Of a DNA stretch of 64,000 nucleotides, positions 25,521 through 39,500 are shown piece by piece (the stretch's first letter is position 1; each line of letters begins with the position of its first letter). The notes below the pieces were generated by a model. That model was not told the origin of the DNA, searched no databases, and was given only the letters and a program-made list of their open reading frames with translations. The stretch lies in NCBI GenBank assembly GCA_964188305.1, contig OZ076890.1; one strand, written 5' to 3'. Position numbers and translations under genes: made by a program. The stretch is from Podarcis bocagei. Taxonomy: Eukaryota.

Positions 25521-28500
25521 TAATAAATTTATACCCTGTCAATCTAGCTGGGTTTCCCCAGCCACTCTGGGCTGCTTCCAACAAAATATTAAAATACAGT
25601 AATCCATCAAACAGTAAAAGCTTCCCTAAACAGGGCTGCCTTTAGATGTCTTTTAAAAGTCTGGTCGTTCTTGTTCTCTTTGACATCTGGTGGGAGGGCA
25701 TTCCACAGGGCGGGTGCCACTACCGAGAAAGCCCTCTGCCTGCTTCCCTGTAACTTGGCTTCTCGCAGTGTGGGAACTGTCAGAAACATACTGGGAGCCA
25801 TTGTAGGTCTTTCAAGACCGGTGTTATGTGGTCTCGGTGGCCTCTCCCAGTCACCAGTCTAGCTGCCGCATTCTGGATTAGTTGTAGTTTTCAGGTTACC
25901 TTCAAAGGTAGCCCCACATAGAGCGCATTGCAGTAGTCCAAGTGGGAGATAACCAGAGCATGCACCACTCTGGTGAGCAGTCCGTAGGCAGGTAGGATCT
26001 CAGCCTGTGTACAAGATGGAGCTGGTAAACAGCTGCCCTGGGCACAGAATTAACCTGTGCCTCCATGGACAGCTGCAAGTCCAAAATGACTCCCAGGCTG
26101 CGCACCTGGTCCTTCAGGGGCACAGTTACCCCATTCAGGACCAGGGAGTCCTCCACACCCGCCCGCCTCCTGTCCCCCCAAAACAGTACTTCTGTCTTGG
26201 CAGGATTCAAGCTCAATCTGTTAGCCACCATCCATCCTCCAACCGCCTCCAGACACTCACACAGGACCTTCACTGCCTTCACTGGTTCCGATTTGAATGA
26301 GAGGTAGAACTGGGTATCATCCGCATATTGATGAACACCCAGTCCAAACCCCCTGATGATCTCTCCCAGCAGCTGCATGGAGATGTTGAAAAGCATGGGG
26401 GAGAGGACAGACCCCTGAGGCACCCCACAAGTGAGAGCCCATGGATCTGAACTCTCATCCCCCACCACCACTTTTTGAACATGGTCCAAGAGGAAGGAGC
26501 GGAACCACTGTATAACAGTGCTTCCAGCTCCCAGCCCCTCTAGACAGTCCAGAAGGATGTTATGGTCAATGGTATCAAAAGCTGCTGAGAGATCCAGCAA
26601 AAGTAGGGAACAGCTCTCACCTTTTCCCTAGCTTGCCGGAGATCATCGCTCAGTGCGACCAAGGCAGTTTCAGTCCTATGATGAGGCCTGAGTCCCGACT
26701 GGAAGGTGTAGGATGCCTTAAAGCGTTATAATCTACTGCTTGCTGCCTTTCATTAAAATATTCAGGCAATGCATCAAAGGGGAAGGAAAATAGTATTATT
26801 GTGAAGTGGTGTCATTCTCTATGAGTGCTAAGGAACTAGGGTAGAGCATTCTTGAAACCCCCTAGAACATGCACCTAGTTACATATGATAATTTTGAAAG
26901 GAGGCGAGATAGTGACCTTCCTCTCTAAAAGAGAGAGGCTGAAAATTGCCTTGGTTGCCATGGCAAACTTTGAGTCCCTGAGAGAGATGTTGGCAAACAG
27001 GCTATATCTCCAGTGCAGAATGTTTACAGTCCTGTGCTGTAATTATCTCTCAATGACTGGCAGAATTAATCAGAGCCTCTATGTTAATTAGCCTGCTCTG
27101 CAGTCCCCAAAACAGGTGGTGGAAAATATGCAAATCTATGCAGAATTTTAATGTTCTGCATAAGCAGTTTTAATTACCATAAACCCCCTCTCCTTGTTTT
27201 TCCTTTTCATGTGCTTTCTCACTTGCATTTTTCCCTCATGGCTACAGTAATTTCATCTTTCATAAGATGGTTTTAAATAAATGAACTGTGTTTGCCTATA
27301 TAAATACCAAATTCTGTTTCTTGGAGACAAGATGTGTGGCGACTGTTTGTTTTTGTTCCTGGATGCAATTCAGCATCTAAGGTTTTTCAAGCTAGTACCT
27401 TGTTTAGTTTGAAATACTATGTTTATGAATTATTATAAAATGTATAAAAGAAAAATCTGCTGCACTAATCCAAAACTTGCATGCTGCTGATTACTGAGTT
27501 TCACATTGACTAGGAAAGGGGCAGTTTGGTACAGGTGTGTGCAGATCTGTCTGTAGTATGGCAATGACTGGGACAGCTTAGAAACTTTAAAGGCCGTGAC
27601 TTCAAATCAAGCACTAAATAGGAAATTTTCTTGAGCATATGTATATGTGTTTTGAGGGGGCAGAACTGGAGGTCCTCTGTCTCTCTCCAACTACAATCAA
27701 GCCCCTGTTTTTGTTAATGATTTGAAGTAACAGCAGCGTTTTTTTCTTCCATTCTGATACGTGGAAATATTGGCTTAGGGCTACAATACCAAATTAGCAT
27801 TTCTTCCTCCCACCTGTTATCTACAGTTACCTATGAAAACAAGTTGTTGAAATAAGCAGCTTTTTATCTTATGGATAACCAAAAATCTTGTTAATATCAT
27901 CCCTCCTCATATTACAATAAACTATGATAATGGCTGTGAGAGCCAGTGTGGTGTAGTGGTTAAGAGCAGTAGTCTCGTAATCTGGGGAACCGGGTTCGCG
28001 TCTCTGCTCCTCCACATGCAGCTGCTGGGTGACCTTGGGCCAGTCACACTTCTTTGAAGTCTCTCAGCCCCACTCACCTCACAGAGTGTTTGTTGTGGGG
28101 GAGGAAGGGAAAGGAGAATGTTAGCCGCTTTGAGACTCCTGAAGGGGAGTGAAAGGCGGGATATCAAATCCAAACTCTTCTTCTTCTTCTTTACATTGAT
28201 ACCCATTCTGTTCTACAAAAGCTTGTATATTTTCTTTCCTAGTCTAAACCTAATGAAGAATCTGGGGACAGTCAGCAGCCAAGCCAGCCTTCCCAGCAGC
28301 CTTCAGTACAGGCGGCCATACCCCAGACCCAGCTCATGCTGGCCGGAGGACAGATCACTGGGGTAAGATGAGTCCAAGTGAATTGTAATGAGCCACCAAC
28401 TCATGTTGTTGTATTAGACAGTGTAGATTGTTGCTTTATCATTCCAGGTGAATGTGGCCGGAGAAAATCTCCCTATTGGTTTGATGGGTCTCTCAGTGGC

Positions 28501-31500
28501 ACTTGATGCTGGGGATTATGGTATCCCAGTCCATGGACCTGTTTTCTTCTAGGCCTATATTGTCTGAGTTCAGCCTATCTGGAGAAATTGCCACATGTCT
28601 TGAGATTTGCTGGAGGAGACCTTGTGCTATGTGCCCATGCCATGAGAAAAGTTGTCTTCTGGAGCAAAAGTAGAACCCTCTCCATTGTAGCTTACCTTCT
28701 TTGAACTTTCTGTCTAGGGAGGCTCTGTTAATCCTTCCACCACTATCTTTTAGAAATCAGGTTGATATATTAGAAATTAGTTGATACAATTGTAGATGGG
28801 GAGTAGTTTTTAAATTCTGTAATTTTATTTTTGATATAGTGGTTATTGCTGTGTAATCTATCTGGAAAGTTGATATATACAATATGAAACCTACCATATC
28901 AGATGCTATTTCTCTACTTTGCTGATGAGTATAAGGGTGATTTTTAACACAGTATGTTGATTCAAGAAGTCAACAATTTATAGGGAATTTCTTCTTTTAG
29001 ATTAATTTAGGGGGGGGAGGGAGTGTTTATCTTGCTCCAGGGGTAGGCAACCTAAGGCCCATGGGCTGGATGCGGCCCAATCGCCTTCTCAATCCGGCCC
29101 GTGCACGGTCTGGGAATCAGTGTGTTTTTACCTGAGTAGAATGTGTGCTTTTATTTAAAATGTATCTCTGGGTTATTTGTGGAGCATAGGAATTCGTTCA
29201 TCTCCCCCCCCCCAAAAAAAAACAACAACAACAACACCACCACCATAGTCTAGCCCACCACATGGTCTGAGGGACGGTGGACCGGCCCATGGCTGAAAAA
29301 GGTTACTGACCCCTGTCTTGCTCCATATTTGCTTTCTTCTGTGACCTAGTCACAGTGAAGAGGGAAAAGAAGTTAGTATCGCTGTTACAATGTCTCAGTC
29401 ATATTTATGATCAACCATTATCATATTTATGATCAACCATTTTACCACAGTGCTATTGTTGATATAACCACACTCTTAAGTTTGCTGGAATTTCCTTTTC
29501 CATACACAAAATGAGGTTTAAATCCACCTATTAACAGTTCTCATTGGATGGAGAACTCTTTATGTAAGCTATCAGTGTTTCTTTCAATTGCAAAAAAAAA
29601 GTATGCTACAACAACTTGGGAGACTAAAAACTGATAAATCACTTCTGCTGTTTTCAAAATTTGAGACATGCAGTTAATCAGAGACTTTTCTCCCTGTATT
29701 ATTTATCTTTGAAAGGTATATGTAACATGTAAATCAAATGACACTGCTTTGAATTTAGTTCTATTTATAGACATATAGAAAACTGCTTTATACCAACTCA
29801 GAGCAGTGGTCTGTCTACCTTAGTATTGTCAATATTGACTGGCCGTGTTTTCTATTTATGCCAGATCCTTCGCCTTAAAGCTCTACAAATGGCTGTTTTC
29901 CATATGTAGTGGGCTTTTGCTGTAATCTGAATACAGTTTTTTTCATGGCTTTTACTTATAGCACTTTTGTATAAGCATACAGTAAAAATTAGTCCAAATA
30001 CATTAAATGTCATTTTGCCTAACTGCTCTTTGCTACATTGAAACTAGATCCAGGTCTTTGAAGGTAAGGGCTCTTTCTATACAGAAAGAGGGAAGAATAT
30101 TCATGTATCGAAGGGAGTCCAACGCCACCTGTTTCATAGAGATAATGTGTGTTTGGAAACCTGCAGAGATGTCAACCTACCAGCTCAATCCTATCAAAAC
30201 AAAAAGGCAGACGGAAGAGGGGGGTTGACTTGGAGGGGAACAAATGGTGCACATGTTCCTCAGCTATATCTTAAGGCATAATGGAAATGATGAAACATGC
30301 CAGGGATTCATGCTAATGTGAAGCAGCTGGAGTATTATCAGTTTGTTTGGTAACCACAGCCAGTATTGCTATTTCTCATTCATCTGGCTAATCGCTTCTG
30401 CTTCTGGTGGGTGTAAATTTCCTTTCAAAGCCTGTCAGTGATGGCTTGTTCTTTTGCTTGCTATTTCCTGTCAGTGCTGTTTCTTTCCATTGCTTGCTAG
30501 CTAATTACCTTTTTCGCATTAATATTGAAGCAGTGCCACAATAATGCAGTGGTCACAATGATACAATGCTTATGCCAGTACCATTTAGATGAGGTGAAAT
30601 ATAGGTTGATAGATTGGTTGATTTCTATCTTACCTGGAATAAACATCTGCTCCCTGCATACGGTGGCTTGTTTGAAGGCAACTGGTCAGAAATAAATAGC
30701 GATGGTTTGTAAAAGGGATGATGTTTCGTGCTATTAACTACTGTCCTAAAACTTGTTCCTAGCTCACGTTAACACCAGCCCAGCAGCAATTATTGATACA
30801 ACAGGCACAGGCACAGTTGCTGGCAGCTGCAGTGCAGCATTCAGCCAGTCAGCAGCACAATGCTGCAGGCGCCACCATCTCAGCTTCTGCTGCAACGCCC
30901 ATGACACAAATCCCTCTATCTCAACCGATACAAATTGCACAGGTGAGCTTTGTCTTTCGAACCATTGATCATGTTGGCCTGCCCTAATATGTCTCTTTTG
31001 TTACTCTTTTGTTCACAGTGCAACTGAATAAGGGCTCACAAGGCAGTGTTTTGAATACCTTGGCAACATAGGCTGCTTGGTCCTCTGATTTCCAAAGACC
31101 ACACATCCCTGTTACTGAAAGCTACAAGTTTCCTTTTATAAAATGCAGGCATGGCAACATTCAGGTCAAATAATCTGGCTCTTATAAACAGTTTTTACAT
31201 TTGAGCACTTGCTCTTTCCACTCCACTTGCTTTCCTCATTTCCTGATTTTTGCAAGCAACAATTTGGTGTGACATCCAAAGTGGGTAAATTAAAGTTTAT
31301 GCAAACCATTATTTTCCCATTCTGGTTTGGAGACAACCATGGTTTGAAATGAGTTTCTAATTCTGGTTTGGTAATAAAATGTAGTATTTCAAACCCAGAA
31401 ATGAGAGAGGACATTGAAGGGAGGTTGTGGGCACAAAGCTGTTCACAAGAACCAAACCATGATTCGGCTGTTAAATCTGAACGAGACTCACATATGCAGT

Positions 31501-33454
31501 TTGGTTCTTGATCCAACTCAGGACTTCATGGCAACCATGGGGTTGTTTCAAGTGATCATTGACCTGACACACAATGCAGAACACACTCCTGATTTGGTTT
31601 TTGCTCCTGGTGGTGAGGTTGGATGCCTAGAAATGAGGAGGTGTTTCTGTGCCCCTTTTGTCATCATCAGACCACTTCCTGGTGAAGCTTGAGCTGACAC
31701 CAGTTCCCCCCTGCAGGGGTGGAGGACCAATTAGGGTGGACCACTTAGGGATTCCTGAATGCTATAGGTATTTTCTGATGGGTGAAACAGGCAAACCTGC
31801 CAAGGCCCTCGTTTCACTGGGGAATGGTGAGATGTGGAGGGCCATAGATATGGTTCCTTCTGAGCATCCTCTCAAATGCTGTGTTAGAGCACATAATCAT
31901 GCCTACTTTGCAGTAGTGAAAGCAGCAAGGAGGGCCTACTTCACTGTCTCCATTGCACCATTGAATAACTACATAGCAGAGTTCTTCAGAGTGGTCTGTT
32001 GGCTCTGGACTCCTGTACTAGTGAATGGAGCTCAGGAGTCCCCAGGGACTTTTGCTTTCTAGACACTTTAGAGAATGAAGTCACTCACCTCCATAATGTG
32101 CTTGATTCCATGATTTATGCAGCTCCAAGTGAGATTTCCAGTCATCCACTAAGCCTTTTTGTGATATCAGTTTCAGTTTTTGCAGCCTGCCGACATAAAC
32201 AAGATGCTTGGAAGTATGCTCCAATTCGTGGGGGCAGACTACTGCCAGCATATATCTCCTTGTCTTTGGAATCTGCATTGGCTGCCAAGCTGCTTCCAGT
32301 CCAAGGAGCCAATACAGATTTCGGTACTAATGTATAAGGCCCTAAGCATCTCTGGACCAAATTATTTGAGAGACTGCCCTACCCTCCATATGCCCAGCAA
32401 GTTATTTCTTTGCAATTGGGGCTGTTCTTGAAACCCTAAAAATATCAGAAGTTCTAGCCATGACAATATGTTGCAGGGTTTTCAGTGTGACTGTTTGTGT
32501 AACAGGATCATTGTTGAGATACAGCAGGTGCCCTCTGTTTGTAATTTCCAGAAACAATTGAAGACATTCTTGTTTCAACAAGCTTTTCCAGCTGGGTGTG
32601 AGTAGGGATGGGAACTAGGTTTCTTGCCTATCTTTAGTTGATTTGTATATTGTTTTTATAAGTGAGATGGGCGCACAACCCTAGAGTCAGACACAACTGG
32701 CCCGTACGGGCAGGGGTACCTTTATATTGTTTTTAAGCCTATTCTTAGTGATTTTTAGTGTATGGTATGAATCACTTTGAGATGTATATGAAATCAATGT
32801 AAAGTTAAATTTCTTGGACTTGTATGCTGCACATTGCTAATGAATTTTTAATTATTTTATTTCTAGTTGCAAGTCTCCATGTGAACTCTGCTTTTGAGTG
32901 GCCTATAAGTATAGTTAATAATTCTGGTAGACCATGGTCACAAGGAGCAAAAATGAAAGTTGAGAGCCAGTGTAGTATTATAATTAAACCTGGGAGACCT
33001 GAGTTCAGTTACCTACTCATTGGGGTCACTTAGGACCACTTCCTTACCTGTCACCTTAATCTACCTTATAGGGTTGCTGATTGATATATATATATATATA
33101 TACACACATACATACATACACACATACAGTGGTGCCCCGCAAGACGAATGCCTCGCAAGACGGAAAACTCGCTAGACGAAAGAGTTTTCCGTTTTGGAGG
33201 TGCTTTGCAAAACGAATTTCCTATGGGCTTGCTTCGCAAGACGAAAATGTCTTGCGAGTTCCTGCTGGTTTTTTTTCCTCCTCCCCCCCCCCCTTTTTCT
33301 AAGCCGCTAAGCCACTTATCAGCTGATCCGATCAGCAGATAAGCCGCTAATAGCGCTAATCCGCTGATCCTTCAATGGGCTTGCTTCGCAAGACGAAAAA
33401 ACCGCTAGACGAAGAGAATCACAGAACGGATTCTTTTCGTCTTGCGAGGCACCA

Positions 33455-33506
<52 letters not shown>

Positions 33507-36500
33507 GAAGCCCGTCACTTTTTCCACTGCAAATTGGAGTACATGGACTTCATCAATCGCTTACAACAGAGCCCTGCTTAGCTTGTTTGGATTACTATTA
33601 TAAATACATTATCCAAATAATTGTTTGTTTTTATAGCCCTGTTCTTGAATAATTGATTCACTGACCTGATCTCCGTTTCAGACACATCATTATATTTAAC
33701 TGATTTTACACACACAACTCTAGCTGCGATCATTACAAGAAATCTTCTGTGAGAATATGAATAAATGGAATAAATGCTAGCAGGGTTTTTTCCTAACATT
33801 TATATAGTAGTGTTTATAGCTCTCTGTTCACCTACTGGTAAGGCAATTTACAGAGCTAATACAAATTATACCACATCCTGATAGATATAAGGTACATAAC
33901 AAAACACAATTTAGCATGCTGCGAGGAAATTGTTTTTCATTTTTCATAATATGTTCTTACCACTCAAGTTCTTGCTATCTCTTTTTTATCATGGTGGTAC
34001 AATGGGCTAGTGTTTTGAGTCTGCTGGCTTCTTACCAGACCTACAAAAGCCATCAAGTCAGTAGGATTCCGAGAGTTAATTCTCTGATGTGCGAAACATG
34101 GCCATAGATTGAGGTTGATTACTGCCCAGACACCATATTGTTCCATGTTTACTTCCCCTCCCATATGATGAACATGTCCCCCACATAAACAATTGTGGGA
34201 TCCACTTCTGTGGGTGGGGCAGACTAGGGTCAAGAGGAAGGAGATGGTATGTACTTTCTCTCACCACTGTTTTGTAGCTGCTGCTTGCCTGGAAGCGGAT
34301 GTATGAGAAAGCAAAGGCAGATTTCCAGTAGCATCCCTCTGCTTGTATGATGCAGCTGGCATAAAATTCCAGCAGGTCTCCTTATGAGCAGGGTTGATGA
34401 GCCTGGTGGGCTGTTGATGGCTGCACTAGTCATTTCCTACCAAAGCCCCCATCACCTGCGGAGGGCAGATACAAAAACTGAAGGAGCCTGGGGACAAGCA
34501 GAGCTCCGTGGCAGCCTAAAACTTCAACATTTGCTGATGCTAAAATTTTGTTTCTATTAGTGAAATTGATGATATGCTGAAAACCTCAAGAGGAGGACTA
34601 CATCCTTAAATCAATACTTTGCTGTTGTTCCTTTGCGTTAGCAACTTTATCCAGGTCATTCTATGATTCTATGAATTAGTATATGTTCATTTTTTATGTG
34701 CTATTAAATTCAGATGCCCTGTGTTTGCAGAGTAAGAATTTTGGATCACGATTCTTTTCCTAATGGGTTTGTTTTGCTTTTGAAGGGGAGGGAATGACTG
34801 TTTAAGTTTGAAAAACTCTTAATTCTGTTTTGCTTCTTCAAGGATTTGCAGCACCTGCAGCAGCTCCAACAACAGAATCTCAACCTGCAACAGTTTGTGT
34901 TGGTGCATCCAACAACCAACTTGCAACCAGCACAGTTCATCATCTCACAGACGCCGCAGGGGCAGCAGGGTGAGCAAGACGTTTACTAAAGGACTTAAGT
35001 TCTTTATAAAGATATTTTGTTGCAGGCAAACAAGCAACCAGATGTATTTAATACTCAGGCACGTAAATTTTAGGGAAGATGTTTGTTACTATAGAGTAGG
35101 GACCATCTGGGTGAATATATCCATCGCATGAGCAGAAGTCCAATAAGTATGCAGGCATGGCTTCTCTGGAATCCTTATCCTTTCCCTTCTTTAATATAGT
35201 ACTCTTTTCCCCCTTTTTTGACAAGTTTTGAAATAGTGAGTATACAGGACACCTCTTTTCCCTATATGCCTTTATTTGGGTTAAAACCTTAAGCTACAAA
35301 AATTCATTTTAAAAAATTCTGTCCCACTTTTTCTGCAATTGCTAGAGTGCTTCGAGTGTCATGATTGTAATGAACATAAGAAGAGTTCTTTTGGATCAGG
35401 CCAAAGACTCATCTAATCTAGCATCCTGTTCTTACAGTGGCCAACAAGATCCCTATGGGAAGCCCCTACGCAGGACCTGAGTGCAACAGCACTCTCCCTT
35501 CCTGCGATTCCCAGCAACTGATATTCAGAGGCATACTGCCTCCAACCGTAGAGTTAGAACATAGCCATCGTGGCTAGACGCCATTGATAGCCTGATCCTC
35601 CATGAATTTGTCTAATCCTCTTTTAAAGCCATCCAAGTTAGTGGCCATCACTACGTTTGTGGGAGCGAATACCATAGTTTAAACTATGCGCTATGTGAAG
35701 AAGTACTTTCTTTTGTCCTGAATCTTCCAACATTCAGCTTCATTGACTTCCCCTGAGTTCTAGTACTATAGGGAGAGTTTTCTGCCTGCCACTTTTTCCA
35801 TGACACACCTAATCTTATGCACCACTCTCACGTCCCCACTCCCACCACTCATCTTTCCCCCCTAAACTTAAAATCCCTTTATGTTTCCTCAGGGGAGTTA
35901 CTCCAACCCCATGATCACTTTAGTTCCCTCTTTTCTGAATTTTTTGTCCCAGCTGTGCAGTATCCTTTTTGAGGGGAGGTGACCAGAAACTGTACACAGT
36001 ATTCCAAGTGTAGTCTCCCCATATATTTGTTATAACAGCATTGTGATATTGGCAGTTAAATTTTCAGTCCCTTTCGTGATGATCCCTAACATGAAATTCG
36101 CCTCTTTCACAGCTGCCGCACACTGGGTCGGGTCAACATCTTCATCGAGTTACCCTCTACAACCTCAAGGTCTCATTCCTGGTCAGTCACTGCCATTTCA
36201 GACCCCATTAGCCTATATGTTAAATGAGGGGTAAAAATTTGCCCCAATGTGCATCATTTTACACTTGCTTACAATAAATTGCATTTGCCGTTTTACTGCT
36301 CTTTCACCCAGTTTGTAGAGATCCTTTTGGAGCTCAGCAATTTGGTATCGTCAGCAAACTTGGCTACCTCACTGTTCACCCCTAACTCCAGGTCATTAAA
36401 AAGTAAAAAGCAAAGGCCTCAATCCTAGTTGGCCTTCACTTTCTTCATCCTTGCATTGGGAGAACTGTCCATTTATTCCTACTCTGCTTTCTGTTTCTTA

Positions 36501-39500
36501 ACTAATTCCTGATCCATAAGAGGACTTCTCTTACTCCATGATAGCTAAGTTTATTCAGGAGTCTTGGGTGAGATACTTACCTGCAGCTTTTTGAAATTAT
36601 TAAGTCAACTTTTGAGGTAGTAAGACAGCATGTCAACTGGATCACCTCTTCCTATATGCTTGTTGATAAAAGAGAGAACTGTAATAACACAGGACTTGCC
36701 CTTGCAGAAACTATTCTGGTTCTGCTTCAGCAAGGCATAACAATTCTTTCCACCAGTTTTTGTGGAACAGATGTTAAGATAATTGACCTGCAGTTTCCCA
36801 GGAACCCCAACCCCACCCCAGATCCTTTTTTAAAAATCCACTGCCGAGTCCTCAGGTATGGAGGTTAATTGACAGTTTTCATATTTTTGTTATAAGTTCA
36901 GCAATTTCACATTTCAAAACTCTTGGGTGCCATCTGGACCAGATGATTTTTCAGTTTCTAATTTGTGAAAAAGACCTAGAACTTGTCACCACCATTTGCC
37001 TCACTTCTTCTTCTTCTTTTAAAAAAAAAAAACTCCATGCAAGTTTATTCAGGCACAGGTGTCTTCCCTACATCTTGCACAGTGAAGACAAATAATTGAT
37101 TCAGCTCCTCTGCAATCTCCTTTTACTCGTTTAGCACATATTTGGCTCTTTTGTCATCCAAAGGCCTGACTACCTCCCTATGCAGTCACCTGCTTTGAAT
37201 GTAATTAAATAATTTTTGTCAATCCTTGTTTTTATCATTTATTGGTTTCATTGGTTTATTATTTATTGGTCTGTCTGCCTTTCTTTTGGACTAGACTTCC
37301 ATTTTCTGAGGGAATCCTTCCTGCCTCTGATAGCTTCCTTGACTCTGCTCTTTACCACACCAGCATCTTAATGATCCTGGTGGTACCTTTCCAGATCTGT
37401 GGAATATATTCTAGCTAGGCTTCTATTATTGTGGCTTTGAACAACCCTGGGGATTCTGGAGAAACTTGTCCCTCTTGACTTTCACCTTCCATTTTACCAG
37501 TCACCTTATTTTGGCAAAGTTTCCTCCTTTGAAATAAAATGTGACTGTGTTGGATTTTCTTGGCAATTTAAATATATGTTGAATTTGATAGCACTGCGGT
37601 AATTGTTTCCAATCTGCTTAACACATATTCCACCTGGTCCTGAGTTTCGCTTAAGTTCTAAGTCTAGGGTTGCCACCCCTCTAGTTGGTACAATGACCAC
37701 CTGTTAGGAAACAGTCATTTAGGATATCTAGAAATTTTATTTCTTTTTTATTACTAGAAAATGCATGTAGCCCATTATATGCGTGGGTTACTGAAATTTC
37801 CCATTACTGTAGCATTTTCTCATTTGGATGCCTCCTTGATTTAATCCTTTATTTCAAGATTACCCTGGGCATTTTGGTCAGGGGGATCCTCAGTGCTAAA
37901 TTACTTTTGGGAGCTGTATAATGCCCCCCCCCCCCATTTCTGTGAAGGAACCTGCCCCTTTTGGGGTTTCTAGCTTGTTGGACTTGTGTTCTCTCTGTTA
38001 AACAGAGCAGCCTCAGTTCTAGACCATGTATAGAGTCTGTATCCAGAGATCATCATGTCCCACTGGCGCTCTCCATTCCACCAAGTTTCCATTATACCCA
38101 CTGTATCTATTCTGTCATCTAACTTAGCTTGTCTTCTAGCATTATCATATAAATACTTATACATAGTGTCTTCAGCACGTTTGTTACCCTACAGTTCTTC
38201 AAACCTTTGAATTGCTATCATGTGCCCCTTCACTCTCAATGCCTAGTTCTATCCCTCTCTCCTCTGAATACGGGTAACTTATGGACGTTTAACTTGTACG
38301 ATTTCAACTTTGCCCGGTTGAAGGCTGGTCAGTTGAAATCACACAAATTAAAAGCACAGAAGGCAGGAGCTTAAAAGTCTTTTTACACAGTGTTTTCCCA
38401 GTGCAGAAAGATCTTCTGAGCTGTAAGACTTGCTTACTGGTTTTTGGTAGATCTTGCAAGAGCTTCCCAGAGCCCAGAAGCAGTTCAGTTCCATTGGTTT
38501 TTTGGGAAATGATATACTTGAAATAGATTTCCTTCAGCAGACTTCTGCATAAAATACTAAGGAGCTATATGGTCTGTGCCCATAAGACACCATACTGCAG
38601 TAAATCAGTTTGATCAATAGCATTTATGTAATTTTTAAAATTCATGTCTCCTCTCTTTCAGGTCTCCTGCAAGCGCAGAATCTCTTAACGCAACTACCTC
38701 AGCAAAGCCAAGCCAACCTCCTGCAGTCTCAGCCAAGCATCACTTTCACTTCTCAGGTCAGTTTTCGATAAATTTTCTTATTCCTACTTGGTGGGGGTAG
38801 GATGAGAGAATTCAGGCCATGGTGCATAGCAAAAGTTGTCCATTTTATTATTCTAGAGAGACAATGAACTGGTGGCTACCTCTCACTTAAGAGATTGTTG
38901 ACATATTCTAAAAACCTTTGCACTTGCGCTGGAAAATGTTGAGCACAGTGTGTATGTGTCATGCTATATTTTACGTATCAAGAAATTACTGGAAAATGTA
39001 TTAACGCATCTGGAAAGCAGTGTCAGAATAACGCATCTAGCTACTGTCAGAATAGGAATTGTGCTTAGATGCAACTTCTGAACCAGTCCTAAGTCCACCT
39101 GATAACACTTTGTCACTTGCTAAAAAGCTTTATAGCAGAAAAGCCATAAACTCTTTCTGGAGCTGTTTTGGACTTTTGGGACTTTACTCTTCCCACTCAC
39201 CCCTTTGCTTTGTTCAGTCATTCTCTTTTTTGCATAGTGAGAATAATTGGGAGAAAGTGTACTTCATTCTTAAGCAGAAAAATTAAAGGATCAGGAGACA
39301 CCTTTGTTTTTATTGTCCTTTTAAAAGAATTGCTCTGTTGAATAAAATTTCCTTTGAGAATACTCTAGATTGCAATACCTATTTTAGAGTTGAATGTAAT
39401 TAAAATACAATGCGTATGCTAGAAAATAGTAGAGACTAGCATTTACCAAGAAAAGCCATACTTTTTTTCTTAACCATGCTTTTATTTCTATATGTTTTCT

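Noticed and set aside
25902-26600. 232-aa reverse transcriptase ORF as a functional gene
   Set aside because: 5'-truncated, frameshifted and internally deleted L2 copy.
29399-29442. 22-bp tandem duplication (similar short duplications near 5868, 6851, 50323 and 57770)
   Set aside because: Ordinary slippage duplications with no evident function.
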